From assembly GCA_040394295.1 (NCBI GenBank), contig JBEBSN010000001.1, positions 12,443-76,442 on the forward strand: 64,000 bases of DNA. Direction: 5' to 3'. The stretch is from Microbacterium sp. (GTDB lineage: Bacteria; Actinomycetota; Actinomycetes; Actinomycetales; Microbacteriaceae). The position numbers and the translations under genes were made by a program. Numbering within the stretch: the first letter of the stretch is position 1; the number at the start of each line of letters is the position of its first letter. The notes beneath the pieces are model-generated. The model did not search any database. It was given only the letters and a program-made list of their open reading frames with translations, and had not been told where the DNA came from. This document shows positions 1-9,356 of the stretch, one piece after another.

Positions 1-925
1 CACTGAAATCGGCTCCCCTGACGTCCTCCAACTCGTAGAGATCCCCGACCCGACAGCCGGCCCCGGCGAAGTCGTGGTGCGCATCGAAGCAGCAGGAGTC
101 AATCCGCTCGACGCGAAGCTGCGCGCCGGCAAACGTCCATCGCCGCCCATCACCGAACCGCGACGCGTCGGATTCGACGGTGCCGGCGTCATCGAAACGC
201 TGGGCGACGGTGTGAGTGAGTTTGCTGTCGGCGACCGGGTCGCCATCGGCGGAGCGCTGGGCACGTATGCGACGCACCTCGCTGTCAAGACATCGAAACT
301 CGACCTGCTTCCGGATGCCGTGACCGCTGCCGAAGGCGCGGGCCTCAGCATCCCGGTAGGCACGGCGTATCAGGCTCTGCGGTCGCTCGCTGTCGGCGAA
401 GGCGATGTTCGGCTTGTGCACGCCGGATCCGGCGCGGTCGGACAGGCCACCATCCAGTTCGCGGCGGCGTGGGGGGCGACGGTGGTCGCAACCGGAAGCC
501 CTGCCCGCCACGAGCAGCTGCGCGAGCTCGGTGCGATCCCTGTGGCGTACGGCGAGGGTCTCGTCGACCGTGTGCGCTCTGTCGTCGACGGCGACGTGAC
601 GGTGGCACTTGACTGCATCGGCACAGACGAGGCGATCGATACCTCGCTCGAGCTCGTCGCTGACCGCGATCGCATCGCGACGATCGTTCGCGGTGCGGAT
701 GCGGCAGGCTTCGGCATCCGCGCATTCAGCGGCGGCTCACCTGTTCCGCTCACCGATCAAGAACTCGCGTGGCGCGAGGAAGCAGTCGGCATCGCGATCG
801 AGCTGATCGCCGCCGGTGACTTCCAGGTGGAGCTCGGAGTGGAACTCCCCCTCGCGCAGGCCGCCCGGGCACATGAGCTCGTCGAGGCGCACGCGGCGCA
901 GGGCAAGATCACGCTGGTGCCGTAG
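1..925 (+). CDS. NADPH:quinone oxidoreductase (MDR/zeta-crystallin family), 5' truncated by window edge
   Basis: Frame open from position 2 (TEIGSPDVLQLVEIPDPTAGPGEVVVR); GVNPLD, HAGSGAVG and C-terminal GKITLVP motifs. Confidence 0.85.
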   Translation, partial: TEIGSPDVLQLVEIPDPTAGPGEVVVRIEAAGVNPLDAKLRAGKRPSPPITEPRRVGFDGAGVIETLGDGVSEFAVGDRVAIGGALGTYATHLAVKTSKLDLLPDAVTAAEGAGLSIPVGTAYQALRSLAVGEGDVRLVHAGSGAVGQATIQFAAAWGATVVATGSPARHEQLRELGAIPVAYGEGLVDRVRSVVDGDVTVALDCIGTDEAIDTSLELVADRDRIATIVRGADAAGFGIRAFSGGSPVPLTDQELAWREEAVGIAIELIAAGDFQVELGVELPLAQAARAHELVEAHAAQGKITLVP

Positions 926-946
926 CGTCTGCCCCGACAGCCGGGG

Positions 947-2065
947 TCAGGCGACGCGCTCCTCGTCGGCTTCGTCGCGAAGTCGCGCGCCCTCGCGAAG
1001 CAGCGGGATCAAGTCCTTCCCCCAGTGTCGTACATCCTCCAGCGGGTCGAATCCACGAATGAGGAAGCGCGTCACGCCCAGGTCGTAATACTTCAGCAGC
1101 GCCTCGGCGACCTGGGCCGGAGTTCCCACGGGGGCAGTGGAGTTGCCGGAGGGCCCGGTGAGCTTGGTGATGCCGAGCCACAGCCGCTCATCGTGAACGT
1201 CGCTGCGACTGGCGTGCTGCTGCAGCCGATCCGCCGACACTGCGGTGCGTTCGCGGCGCAGCGGCTCAGCGAAGGCCAACGTGTTGCCGACCTTCTTCTC
1301 GTCGAGAAGCCTCTCGGCCTTGGCATAGATCCGATCCGCCTTGGCCCAGGCCTCGTCCTCCGTCTCGGCGATGATCGGGCGCGTGGAAAGACTGAACTCG
1401 ATCGTGCGCCCTTCTTTCGCCGCGGCCGCGCGGATCGTGCGAATGTGCTCCGCGACGTCGGCGAGCGGTTCGCCGAAGAGCATGTACACATCGGCCCTCT
1501 TCGCGCCGACCTCGACGGCTCCCGCGGAGAGGCCGCCGAAGAACACCGGGATGCCCTCCGAAGTCGCAGGCTTGACGCCTGAGTACGCGCCCTCGAACCG
1601 ATAGAACTCGCCGGTATGGTCGAAGGGCTCCGTCTCGGTGAGTGTCCTTCGCAGCACCTCGATGAACTCGCCGGTACGGCGATATCGGTCGGACTTCTCG
1701 CTGAAGTCGCCGTCGCGGCGTTGGTCGGCCTCGCTGCCACCGGTGATGTGGTGGATCGCGACGCGTCCGCCTCCGGTCAGGTGGTCGAGGGTTGCGAGCT
1801 TGCGCCCCACGATCGTGGGCGGAACGAACCCGGGGCGGTGCGCGATGAGCACCTTTAGTCGTCGCGTGGAGTGCAGGGCGGCGGCGGCCACGGCGAATCC
1901 GTCGGGTGAGCTCGCGCTGTATCCGATCAGCACGCGGTCGAACCCCGCGTCCTCATGCGCCTGCGAGAACTCGCGCACGTAGGCGGGATCGATGACGGGA
2001 CCGGAGAGAGCCTTCGACTCCGACCCTGCGGTCGTGGCGATCATTCCGAGTACTTCGATGGGCAT
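947..2065 (-). CDS. LLM-class flavin-dependent monooxygenase (SsuD/MsuD-like)
   Basis: AHEDAGFDRVLI, IAHRPG, RRDGD and PVFFGG motifs; last gene of the ABC importer operon. Confidence 0.85.
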   Translation of the reverse strand: MPIEVLGMIATTAGSESKALSGPVIDPAYVREFSQAHEDAGFDRVLIGYSASSPDGFAVAAAALHSTRRLKVLIAHRPGFVPPTIVGRKLATLDHLTGGGRVAIHHITGGSEADQRRDGDFSEKSDRYRRTGEFIEVLRRTLTETEPFDHTGEFYRFEGAYSGVKPATSEGIPVFFGGLSAGAVEVGAKRADVYMLFGEPLADVAEHIRTIRAAAAKEGRTIEFSLSTRPIIAETEDEAWAKADRIYAKAERLLDEKKVGNTLAFAEPLRRERTAVSADRLQQHASRSDVHDERLWLGITKLTGPSGNSTAPVGTPAQVAEALLKYYDLGVTRFLIRGFDPLEDVRHWGKDLIPLLREGARLRDEADEERVA

Positions 2066-2082
2066 AACGGCAGCTCCAATGG

Positions 2083-2886
2083 TCAGGGCCGGTTGGCGGA
2101 CGGTGTGCGGATGAGGGGAACGGAATCGATGAGTGCACGGGTGTACGGGTGCTCAGGTCGGGAGATCACACGTCGAGTGGGACCGTCTTCGACGATGTGC
2201 CCGTGATCGAGCACCACGAGTCGGTCACTCATCGCGGCGAGCGACCCGATGTCGTGCGAGATCACCAACATGGCCAGGTCGCTGCCTCGTGCATCCCGCA
2301 ACGCGACGAGCGCCTGCACCACACGATCCCGACTTGCCGCATCGAGTGCGCTGACCGGTTCGTCGAGTATGAGCAGACGGGGCTCGACGACGAGCGCCCG
2401 CGCGATCGCTGCACGCTGTCGTTGCCCGCCGGACAATCCCGAAGGCAATCGGCGGATGAGCTCTTCATCGAGCCCGACCGCCTCGATCGCCGCATGGCGT
2501 CGACGCGCAGCATCCGCCGTGGGAACGCGCGCGATCCGCAGTCCTTCGACGATCGAATCCCCGACGCTCACGCCGGGGTCCAATGAGCGCAGGGGATCCT
2601 GGAACACATACTGGACCGCACCCGATCGTCGCCAGTGGCGCAGCGCTCCCCCACGCAGGCGGCTGACGTCCCGGCCCGCCACGTGCACGCGACCTTCGGA
2701 CGCTGCGACAGCGCGCAGTATCGTCCGCGCCAGTGTGGTCTTGCCTGACCCCGACTCGCCGACGATGCCGACGACCTCGCCCGCTCGCATGCTCAACGAG
2801 ATGCGATCGAGTACGCGCACCCGCCCGTAGTCGACGCAGACGCCATCGAGTTCGAGCATCGGAGCCTCACTCTCTCCGGAAGTCAC
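2083..2886 (-). CDS. Dpp/Opp-type ABC transporter ATP-binding protein
   Basis: Walker A GESGSGKT, LSGGQRQR signature, LDEP, HPYTRAL. Confidence 0.9.
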   Translation of the reverse strand: MTSGESEAPMLELDGVCVDYGRVRVLDRISLSMRAGEVVGIVGESGSGKTTLARTILRAVAASEGRVHVAGRDVSRLRGGALRHWRRSGAVQYVFQDPLRSLDPGVSVGDSIVEGLRIARVPTADAARRRHAAIEAVGLDEELIRRLPSGLSGGQRQRAAIARALVVEPRLLILDEPVSALDAASRDRVVQALVALRDARGSDLAMLVISHDIGSLAAMSDRLVVLDHGHIVEDGPTRRVISRPEHPYTRALIDSVPLIRTPSANRP

Positions 2887-3827
2887 GCGAGATACCTCTC
2901 AAGTCCGTACGCGGCATGCGCCGAGAGCAGCTCGCGAGTGTAGGGGTGCCCTGGTGCCCGCAGCACCCGAGATGTTGCGCCCGCCTCGACGACGCGGCCG
3001 TCGCGGAAGACCTGGACGCGCTCGCAGACCTGCGCCACAACCGCGAGGTCGTGGGAGACGAGGATCAACGCCAGATCGCGCTCGAGCCGCAGCCTGGCCA
3101 GCAGTTCGAGCAGTTCTGCCTGCACCGTGACGTCGAGCGCGGTCGTCGCCTCGTCGGCGATGAGGACAGCAGGGTCAGCGGCCAGCGCCATCGCGATCAG
3201 TACGCGCTGCAGCATCCCTCCGCTCAGTTGCGCGACGCGCTGACGAAGAACCAGGTCGACCCGGCGGATGCCGAGGTCGTCCAGCAGTTCGCGCGCCTGC
3301 TGTCGAGCGCGGCGTCGGGGCACGCCTGCCGTGATGCGCAGTGTCTCCACGAGCTGCGCTCCGACGGGGATGGCCGGATGCAGATAGGAGGCAGGATCCT
3401 GGAAGACCGCAGCCACCCGCGTGCCGCGCACGCGCCGCCATTCTCGCTCCGCCGCGTGCGTCAGGTCGCGATCGTCGATCCGTATCGTCCCGGAGCTGAC
3501 GGTGAGACCATGAGGGAGGATCCCGAGCAGAGCGCGGCACGTGAGCGTCTTACCGCTGCCGGATTCGCCGACGATCCCCACGGCCTCGCCTGGACGCACC
3601 ACCACAGACACTCCGTGCACGAGTTCGGTGCCATCGCGCGCCGTGATCACGAGACGCTCGGCTGCAGCCACTGCAGGGCGGGAAAGAGAGCCTTCGTCGA
3701 AGGACGGGCCGAAGCGTGCGGGGTCTGCGTGAGCGCCGCTCAGCGCCGAGGTCGAGGCCGGAGGAACGATATCGTCCTGCAACGGGACAGGGGCTTCCGC
3801 GAGAGGCGTCGGGAATGCATCAGCCAT
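2883..3827 (-). CDS. Dpp/Opp-type ABC transporter ATP-binding protein
   Basis: GESGSGKT, LSGGMLQR, ADEATTALD; ATG at 3827 after AGGAG overlaps the permease stop. Confidence 0.88.
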   Translation of the reverse strand: MADAFPTPLAEAPVPLQDDIVPPASTSALSGAHADPARFGPSFDEGSLSRPAVAAAERLVITARDGTELVHGVSVVVRPGEAVGIVGESGSGKTLTCRALLGILPHGLTVSSGTIRIDDRDLTHAAEREWRRVRGTRVAAVFQDPASYLHPAIPVGAQLVETLRITAGVPRRRARQQARELLDDLGIRRVDLVLRQRVAQLSGGMLQRVLIAMALAADPAVLIADEATTALDVTVQAELLELLARLRLERDLALILVSHDLAVVAQVCERVQVFRDGRVVEAGATSRVLRAPGHPYTRELLSAHAAYGLERYLA

Positions 3828-4683
3828 GGATCTTCTCCTTCTGGCGGGTGTGAGCGGGCACGGCATCCGCTCCGAACGCATCGCGCACCGCATCTGCGAG
3901 CAGATTCAACGCGGCCACCGTGACGATGATCGCCAGGGCGGGGCCCAGCGGACCGAGCGGACGCTGACTGAGGTAGCCGAGGTCGCTGGCGAGCATGCCG
4001 CCCCAGGTCGGTGCGGGCGGTTGAACGCCGATTCCGAGAAAGGTGAGAGAGGCGACCGCGAGCAGCGCGCCGCCCAGTGCGGAAACCGACGCCACGACGA
4101 GGTTGGGCGCGACCTGACGCCACACATGCCGCCGCAGCACCCACAACGCCGAGCCACCGAGCAGCAGAGCTGCCTCGACGTACTGAGAATCGCGTACCCT
4201 CAGCGTCGCAGCCCTGGCGATGCGGAAGAAGCTCGGCGCGATGAGTATGCCGATCGCTGCCGTCGCCTGGATCAGCCCGTTTCCGAGCAGAGCGGCGAAG
4301 ACGATCGCGAACAGGATGAACGGCAGCGACAGCAGTGCATCCACGATTCGGAGCGAAAGCCACTCGCCTGCCTTCGGCACGAAGGCGCTGAGCGCGCCGG
4401 GCACGGCGCCGAAGAGCAGCCCCGTCAGCGCTGCTCCCAGAGCGCTCAGCAAAGAGGCCGGTGCACCCGCCAGCAGACGTGAGAGCACATCGCGGCCGAG
4501 GTAGTCAGTGCCGAGCAGATGCGCGAGCGATGCGTTCTGCAGGGCGTTCGAAGTGTCCTGCGCGAGCGGGTCGTACGGTGCCAGAGCCTCACCGCCGATC
4601 GCGACCACCGCAACGACGAGCATGACCAGCAGCGCGACGCGCACCGCCCACCCACCGGACCACAGGCGAACCAGAGTTTTCAT
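3820..4683 (-). CDS. ABC transporter permease (DppC-like)
   Basis: LLGTDYLGRDVLSRL, EAA loop, LGIGVQPPAPTWG. Confidence 0.9.
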   Translation of the reverse strand: MKTLVRLWSGGWAVRVALLVMLVVAVVAIGGEALAPYDPLAQDTSNALQNASLAHLLGTDYLGRDVLSRLLAGAPASLLSALGAALTGLLFGAVPGALSAFVPKAGEWLSLRIVDALLSLPFILFAIVFAALLGNGLIQATAAIGILIAPSFFRIARAATLRVRDSQYVEAALLLGGSALWVLRRHVWRQVAPNLVVASVSALGGALLAVASLTFLGIGVQPPAPTWGGMLASDLGYLSQRPLGPLGPALAIIVTVAALNLLADAVRDAFGADAVPAHTRQKEKIHG

Positions 4684-5705
4684 GCGGCGCTCCGTTCGGT
4701 TCCCTGAGCACGGACGATGATGAGATTGATGACCGCCCCGATGATCACGACCATGAAGATCGTGACGAGCAGGACGCCCTGTACCACTGGGATGTCACCC
4801 TGCAGGGCAGCACGGTTGGCGAGTTGTCCGAGACCGGGCATCCCGAAGATCACCTCGGTGATGACGGCTCCGCCGATGAGACGCGGCGCGTGCACACCCA
4901 GGACCGACAGCGCCGGCGTCGATGCGATCGGCAGAGCATGCCGGAAGACGATGCGCCAGGGGGCGAGGCCGTGCACGCGCGCGCCGACGATGTAGTTCTC
5001 GCGGAGGGTGCCCACCAGAGAGGTGCGCAACTGGCGGGCGATGTCAGCTCCCGCGTCAAGACTCAGCGCGATCGAGGGCAGAACCAGGCACATCAGCCAG
5101 CCGGTCACACTCACGTGGGGCGGCACGTAGCCTGCGACAGGGAAGACGGGGAGCGCGTAGGCGAAAAGCAGGATGAGGGCGATCGCGGCGACGAAAGCGG
5201 GAACGGTGGCCGATACCGTGCTGGCCACGGTCACGACGCGATCGATGATGCCGCCGCGGGTCACCGCCGCCACCACACCGCCGCTGAAGCCGAACAGCAG
5301 CGCGAGCAGGATCGCTCCGGCGGCGATCGACAAGCTCACCGGGAACGCCTGAGCGATGCTGTCGGCGACCGGGATCGTAGTGAACCAGCTCGTGCCGAGA
5401 TCGCCCAGCGCGGCGTGAGAGATCCAATCGACGTAACGGACGAGGAGCGGCCGGTCCAGGCCGAACACCCGATTGAGCCTGTCGACGTCGGCCTGAGTGG
5501 CGACTTCTCCCAGTGCCACCGCTGCAGGGTTCGACCCGCTCGCGGCGCCAAGGACGAAGGTCGCGAAGGTCGCGATGACGAAAACGGTGACCGCTGTTGC
5601 GAGCGTCGTCAGCGCAGTGCGCAGGACGGGCCACGTCCGGCGTGCCGCCGGCAGTTCCTCGGTTGCGGGCGCGAGCGCCGCTCCTGCGGTCAGGGTCGTC
5701 GTCAT
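4680..5705 (-). CDS. ABC transporter permease (DppB-like)
   Basis: GLDRPLLVRY, GDLGTS, EVIFGMPGLG; multiple TM segments. Confidence 0.9.
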   Translation of the reverse strand: MTTTLTAGAALAPATEELPAARRTWPVLRTALTTLATAVTVFVIATFATFVLGAASGSNPAAVALGEVATQADVDRLNRVFGLDRPLLVRYVDWISHAALGDLGTSWFTTIPVADSIAQAFPVSLSIAAGAILLALLFGFSGGVVAAVTRGGIIDRVVTVASTVSATVPAFVAAIALILLFAYALPVFPVAGYVPPHVSVTGWLMCLVLPSIALSLDAGADIARQLRTSLVGTLRENYIVGARVHGLAPWRIVFRHALPIASTPALSVLGVHAPRLIGGAVITEVIFGMPGLGQLANRAALQGDIPVVQGVLLVTIFMVVIIGAVINLIIVRAQGTERSAA

Positions 5706-5710
5706 CGTCC

Positions 5711-7228
5711 TCAGCCTTCGACCTTCACGTCTTCCCAGCGCTGCACATCGAGCCAGTGCTGGATGCCGGTGACCTTGTCGGTATGGATCAGGATGCGCGG
5801 CCAGCTGAACAGGAAGGTGTTCGGCTGCAGCCTCACGCCGATATCGACGGCGTTCTGGATGTTCTGTGCGTAGCCGGGGTCGTCTGTCGGCGTCGCTCTG
5901 GCCACATCGATGGCCGCGGTGAGCTCGTCCGGCGTCTCGCGTCCGAGGTTCATCAGCCCCTCCGGTCCGTACAGAACCTCGAGCGCCTGCAGCGGAGACT
6001 GCCGCCCTGAGTAACTGTCCAGCACGAACGGGAAGGTGCGCTGCACGTAGTTCTGCGCGATCGCACCGGCCGCCTGAACGTTGAGCGTCACGCGGATACC
6101 GGCCTCAGCCCACTGCGCCTGCAGCAGCTCCGCCAGGGCGGTGTCGTCCTCTCCGAGCGTCAGGGTGATGTCGACGCCATCAGGGTATCCGGCCTCGACG
6201 AGAAGCGCTTCGGCGGCATCGAGGTCGTGCGGATACAGGTCGTCGAGGTGCTCGTTGTGCGCCACGTAGCCGTCGGGGAACGGTTGCCAGTTCGGCGTTC
6301 CATGGCCGAAGTAGGTGGCATCGATCAGCGCCTGGCGGTCGGTCGCGTGGCTGATCGCCTGCAGCACGCGCTGATCGTCGAAGGGTGCGACAGTGCCGTT
6401 GACGTCGAGAGCGCGCACGGTGAGCGCCTTTATCTCTTCGACCTCGAGCCCCGCAGCCTCCGCGCCCTGGACCTGGGAGGCCGGGATGATCGAGACGTCC
6501 CACTGCCCGGAGCTGACCCCGGCGACCGCGGTGGCGTCTTCCGCCACGGGCACGACGGAGAGATCGTCGAGGAAGATGCGGTCGGCGTTCCAGTATTCGT
6601 CATTCTTCTCGAGTGTCGCGTGCGCGTTGGGGACATACTCAGTGAGTGCGAAGGGCCCGGCGCCCTGCGGCTGCGTCGCCAGTGATGCCACGTCTTCGAA
6701 GGCCACGGGATTCACGATGAACCCGGTCTTCCCTGCGAACAGGTACGGCACCTGATAGTCGGCCTGATCGAGATGCACGGTGACCGTGTACTCATCCACT
6801 GCGTCCACATCGGCGATGATGCGCAATTGCCCCGCAAGAGTGGAGTTTTCCTGGTCGCGTCCACGCTCGAGGTTGAGTTTGACGGCCTTGGCGGTCACTG
6901 CGGCGCCGTCGCTGAAGGCGCCGCCTTCGCGAAGATGGAACGTGATCGCGGTGCCGTCGTCGTTGTACTCCCATGACTCGGCGAGCCCCGGCACAGGCTC
7001 TCCCTCAGTGTTCAGCTGAGTGAGTCCGTCGTAGACCAGCGCCAGAGCGTGGGTGTCCCAACCGGCGGTGGACGTCACTGGATCCCAGCTCGTCGGCAGC
7101 CGCCACCCCCAGGTCAGCGAGGTGGATCCGTCGCCGTCGCCGGCGGCCTGAGCAGTGGCGCAGCCCGTCAGGGCAAGGACAGCGATGGTGAGGGCGGAGA
7201 GCGAAGCGAGTCGTGGACGTGAGGTCAT
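5711..7228 (-). CDS. ABC transporter substrate-binding lipoprotein, family 5
   Basis: Lipobox LTGC, YDGL...PGLAESWE, GAGPF motifs. Confidence 0.9.
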   Translation of the reverse strand: MTSRPRLASLSALTIAVLALTGCATAQAAGDGDGSTSLTWGWRLPTSWDPVTSTAGWDTHALALVYDGLTQLNTEGEPVPGLAESWEYNDDGTAITFHLREGGAFSDGAAVTAKAVKLNLERGRDQENSTLAGQLRIIADVDAVDEYTVTVHLDQADYQVPYLFAGKTGFIVNPVAFEDVASLATQPQGAGPFALTEYVPNAHATLEKNDEYWNADRIFLDDLSVVPVAEDATAVAGVSSGQWDVSIIPASQVQGAEAAGLEVEEIKALTVRALDVNGTVAPFDDQRVLQAISHATDRQALIDATYFGHGTPNWQPFPDGYVAHNEHLDDLYPHDLDAAEALLVEAGYPDGVDITLTLGEDDTALAELLQAQWAEAGIRVTLNVQAAGAIAQNYVQRTFPFVLDSYSGRQSPLQALEVLYGPEGLMNLGRETPDELTAAIDVARATPTDDPGYAQNIQNAVDIGVRLQPNTFLFSWPRILIHTDKVTGIQHWLDVQRWEDVKVEG

Positions 7229-7348
7229 GGGAGCGAACGTAGGAGCCGATCTCGACCCGAACCATCAGCAGCGATGCAGGGCGACACACACTGCAACAGT
7301 TGGACACATCCGTGTCGCGAACGGGACCGGCCCACCCAATATGGACGC

Positions 7349-8035
7349 ATGACTTCGACCGTCTCCCCCGCCGCCATCTGGCCAGCTGCGCGTGTTCGCG
7401 GCACTCTCGCCGTCGTCACCGGACGCGGCGAACGCGCCGCTGTCTACGAACGCTTCGGCAGGCGCATCAGCGCCGACGGCTACACGGTGGCCGTCTTCGA
7501 AGGGGATGCTGACGCCGCAGCCGCGTGGATCCCCACCGCCGACGCCCCCCGTGTGCTCGTCGGTTCAGATACCGGGGCCGCCTCGGTTCTGAGGGTGCTC
7601 GCCCAGGGCGCGAACGCGGATGCGGCGATCATCGCCGGCACGCCTGTCGACGTCGATGACGCCGCGCAGCCTGCCGACACCGAGCGCACGGCATGCCCAC
7701 TTCACCTCGGTGTGCTCGCCACGGACGCCGCTCGCACCGACACTGTCGACGTCGAGCCGGTGCCCGCCTCCGCTGATCTCGCCGCGGTCGCTGTGCCGGT
7801 ACTCGCCTTCCACGGTTCCGCCGACGTCGTCTCTCCGATCACCGAAGCGGCCTCGTTGCTGAGCGCTGTGCCCGACCTCGAACTGATCGAGACTGTCGCG
7901 GGGCTGCACGACGCACTCAATGACCAGTCACACCGCAGCGTCGCGGCATCGATCGTGCTGTGGCTCGAGCGTCTGCGCGGCGGAGATGTGCACGCACCGG
8001 TGCTGCGGCGCACGGACGCCCGGGTGAGAGTATGA
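7349..8035 (+). CDS. Short alpha/beta hydrolase-fold protein (lysophospholipase-like) with GSDTG elbow
   Basis: GRGE, VLVGSDTGA, VPVLAFHGSADVVSP, GLHDALN; stop overlaps next ATG (ATGA). Confidence 0.65.
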   Translation: MTSTVSPAAIWPAARVRGTLAVVTGRGERAAVYERFGRRISADGYTVAVFEGDADAAAAWIPTADAPRVLVGSDTGAASVLRVLAQGANADAAIIAGTPVDVDDAAQPADTERTACPLHLGVLATDAARTDTVDVEPVPASADLAAVAVPVLAFHGSADVVSPITEAASLLSAVPDLELIETVAGLHDALNDQSHRSVAASIVLWLERLRGGDVHAPVLRRTDARVRV

Positions 8036-9324
8036 GCGCGTTCTCGACCCGGCAGGTGCAGTCCGGCTATGTTGCAGGCACCGTGCAGAACAGCGCGGTG
8101 CCGCCCATCTATCAGACGGCCGCGTACGAGTTCGCATCGCTGGCCGACGCCGCCGATATATTCGCTCTGCGCAAGCCGGGCAACCTCTACAGCCGAAGCG
8201 CGAGTCCCACCCAACTGGTGCTGGAGGAACGTGTGGCAGCTTTGGAGGGCGGCCAGAGCGCAGTCGCCGTGGCATCGGGGCAGGCCTCTGTCGCCGTCAC
8301 CTTGCTCGCCCTCGCCGGTCGCGGCGGGCACATCGTCTCAGCAGGTCAGCTCTACGGCGGAACCGTCGATCTTTTCCAGGACACCTTCGACGACTTCGGC
8401 ATCTCGGTGACGTTCGTCGATCAGGACGACGCCGACGCCTGGCGGCGCGCGATCCGGCCCCAGACGCGCGCCCTGTTCGCCGAGTCGGTCGCCAATCCCG
8501 TCGCTCAGGTGCTCGACCTGCGTCTGGTCGCCGACATCGCCCATGAGGCCGGCGTCCCACTGGTCATCGACAACACTGTCGCGACTCCGTACCTGCTGCG
8601 CCCGGGCGAGCATGGCGCGGATTTCGTGGTGCACTCGGCGACGAAGTTCCTGTCGGGTCACGGCACATCCCTCGGCGGAGTCGTCGTGGATCAGGGTTCG
8701 TTCGACTTCGGCGCACAGCCTGAGCGCTGGCCGCAGTTCACCGCGGTGTATCCGAGACTCGGCGACGTGGTGCTCTGGCAAAGATTCGGCATCGGCCAGG
8801 CTTTCGCGGTCCTCGCGAAGACGAAATACGTGCACGATCTGGGACCATCGCTCTCACCTTTCAACGCCTGGCAGATCCTGCAGGGCATCGAAACACTCGA
8901 TCTGCGCGTCGCGCGCCAGAGCGCCACAGCACTGGCGATCGCCGAGCACCTGTCGCAGCATCCGAAGGTCGCCGCCGTGCACCATCCGGCGCTTGCTGAC
9001 AATCCATGGCACGCGCTCGCCGAGCACTACCTCCCGCGCGGTGCGCCGTCGGTGTTCTCGTTCGACATTCGAGGGGCCGAGGATGCCGGCGCCCAGGCGC
9101 GCGTCGCCGAGGTGATCGACGCGCTCGAAGTCGTGCGCTTGGTGGCCAACATCGGCGACGCGCGCAGCCTCGTCGCGCATCCCGCCTCGATGACGCACTC
9201 GCATCTGAGCGCCACGCAACGCACTGCCGTCGGCATATCGCTGAACACGATCCGGCTGAGCGCCGGACTCGAAGCACCCGCCGACATCATCGCCGATCTC
9301 GACCGCGCCCTCGCGCGCATCTGA
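8032..9324 (+). CDS. metY: O-acetylhomoserine sulfhydrylase (MetY-like, Cys/Met metabolism PLP enzyme)
   Basis: PPIYQT, LYGGT, DNTVATP, HSATKF (PLP lysine), [18 protein letters not shown]. Confidence 0.82.
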   Translation: MSAFSTRQVQSGYVAGTVQNSAVPPIYQTAAYEFASLADAADIFALRKPGNLYSRSASPTQLVLEERVAALEGGQSAVAVASGQASVAVTLLALAGRGGHIVSAGQLYGGTVDLFQDTFDDFGISVTFVDQDDADAWRRAIRPQTRALFAESVANPVAQVLDLRLVADIAHEAGVPLVIDNTVATPYLLRPGEHGADFVVHSATKFLSGHGTSLGGVVVDQGSFDFGAQPERWPQFTAVYPRLGDVVLWQRFGIGQAFAVLAKTKYVHDLGPSLSPFNAWQILQGIETLDLRVARQSATALAIAEHLSQHPKVAAVHHPALADNPWHALAEHYLPRGAPSVFSFDIRGAEDAGAQARVAEVIDALEVVRLVANIGDARSLVAHPASMTHSHLSATQRTAVGISLNTIRLSAGLEAPADIIADLDRALARI

Positions 9325-9356
9325 CCTGCGCCCTCGCGCAAGGAAGCCGGAGCATC

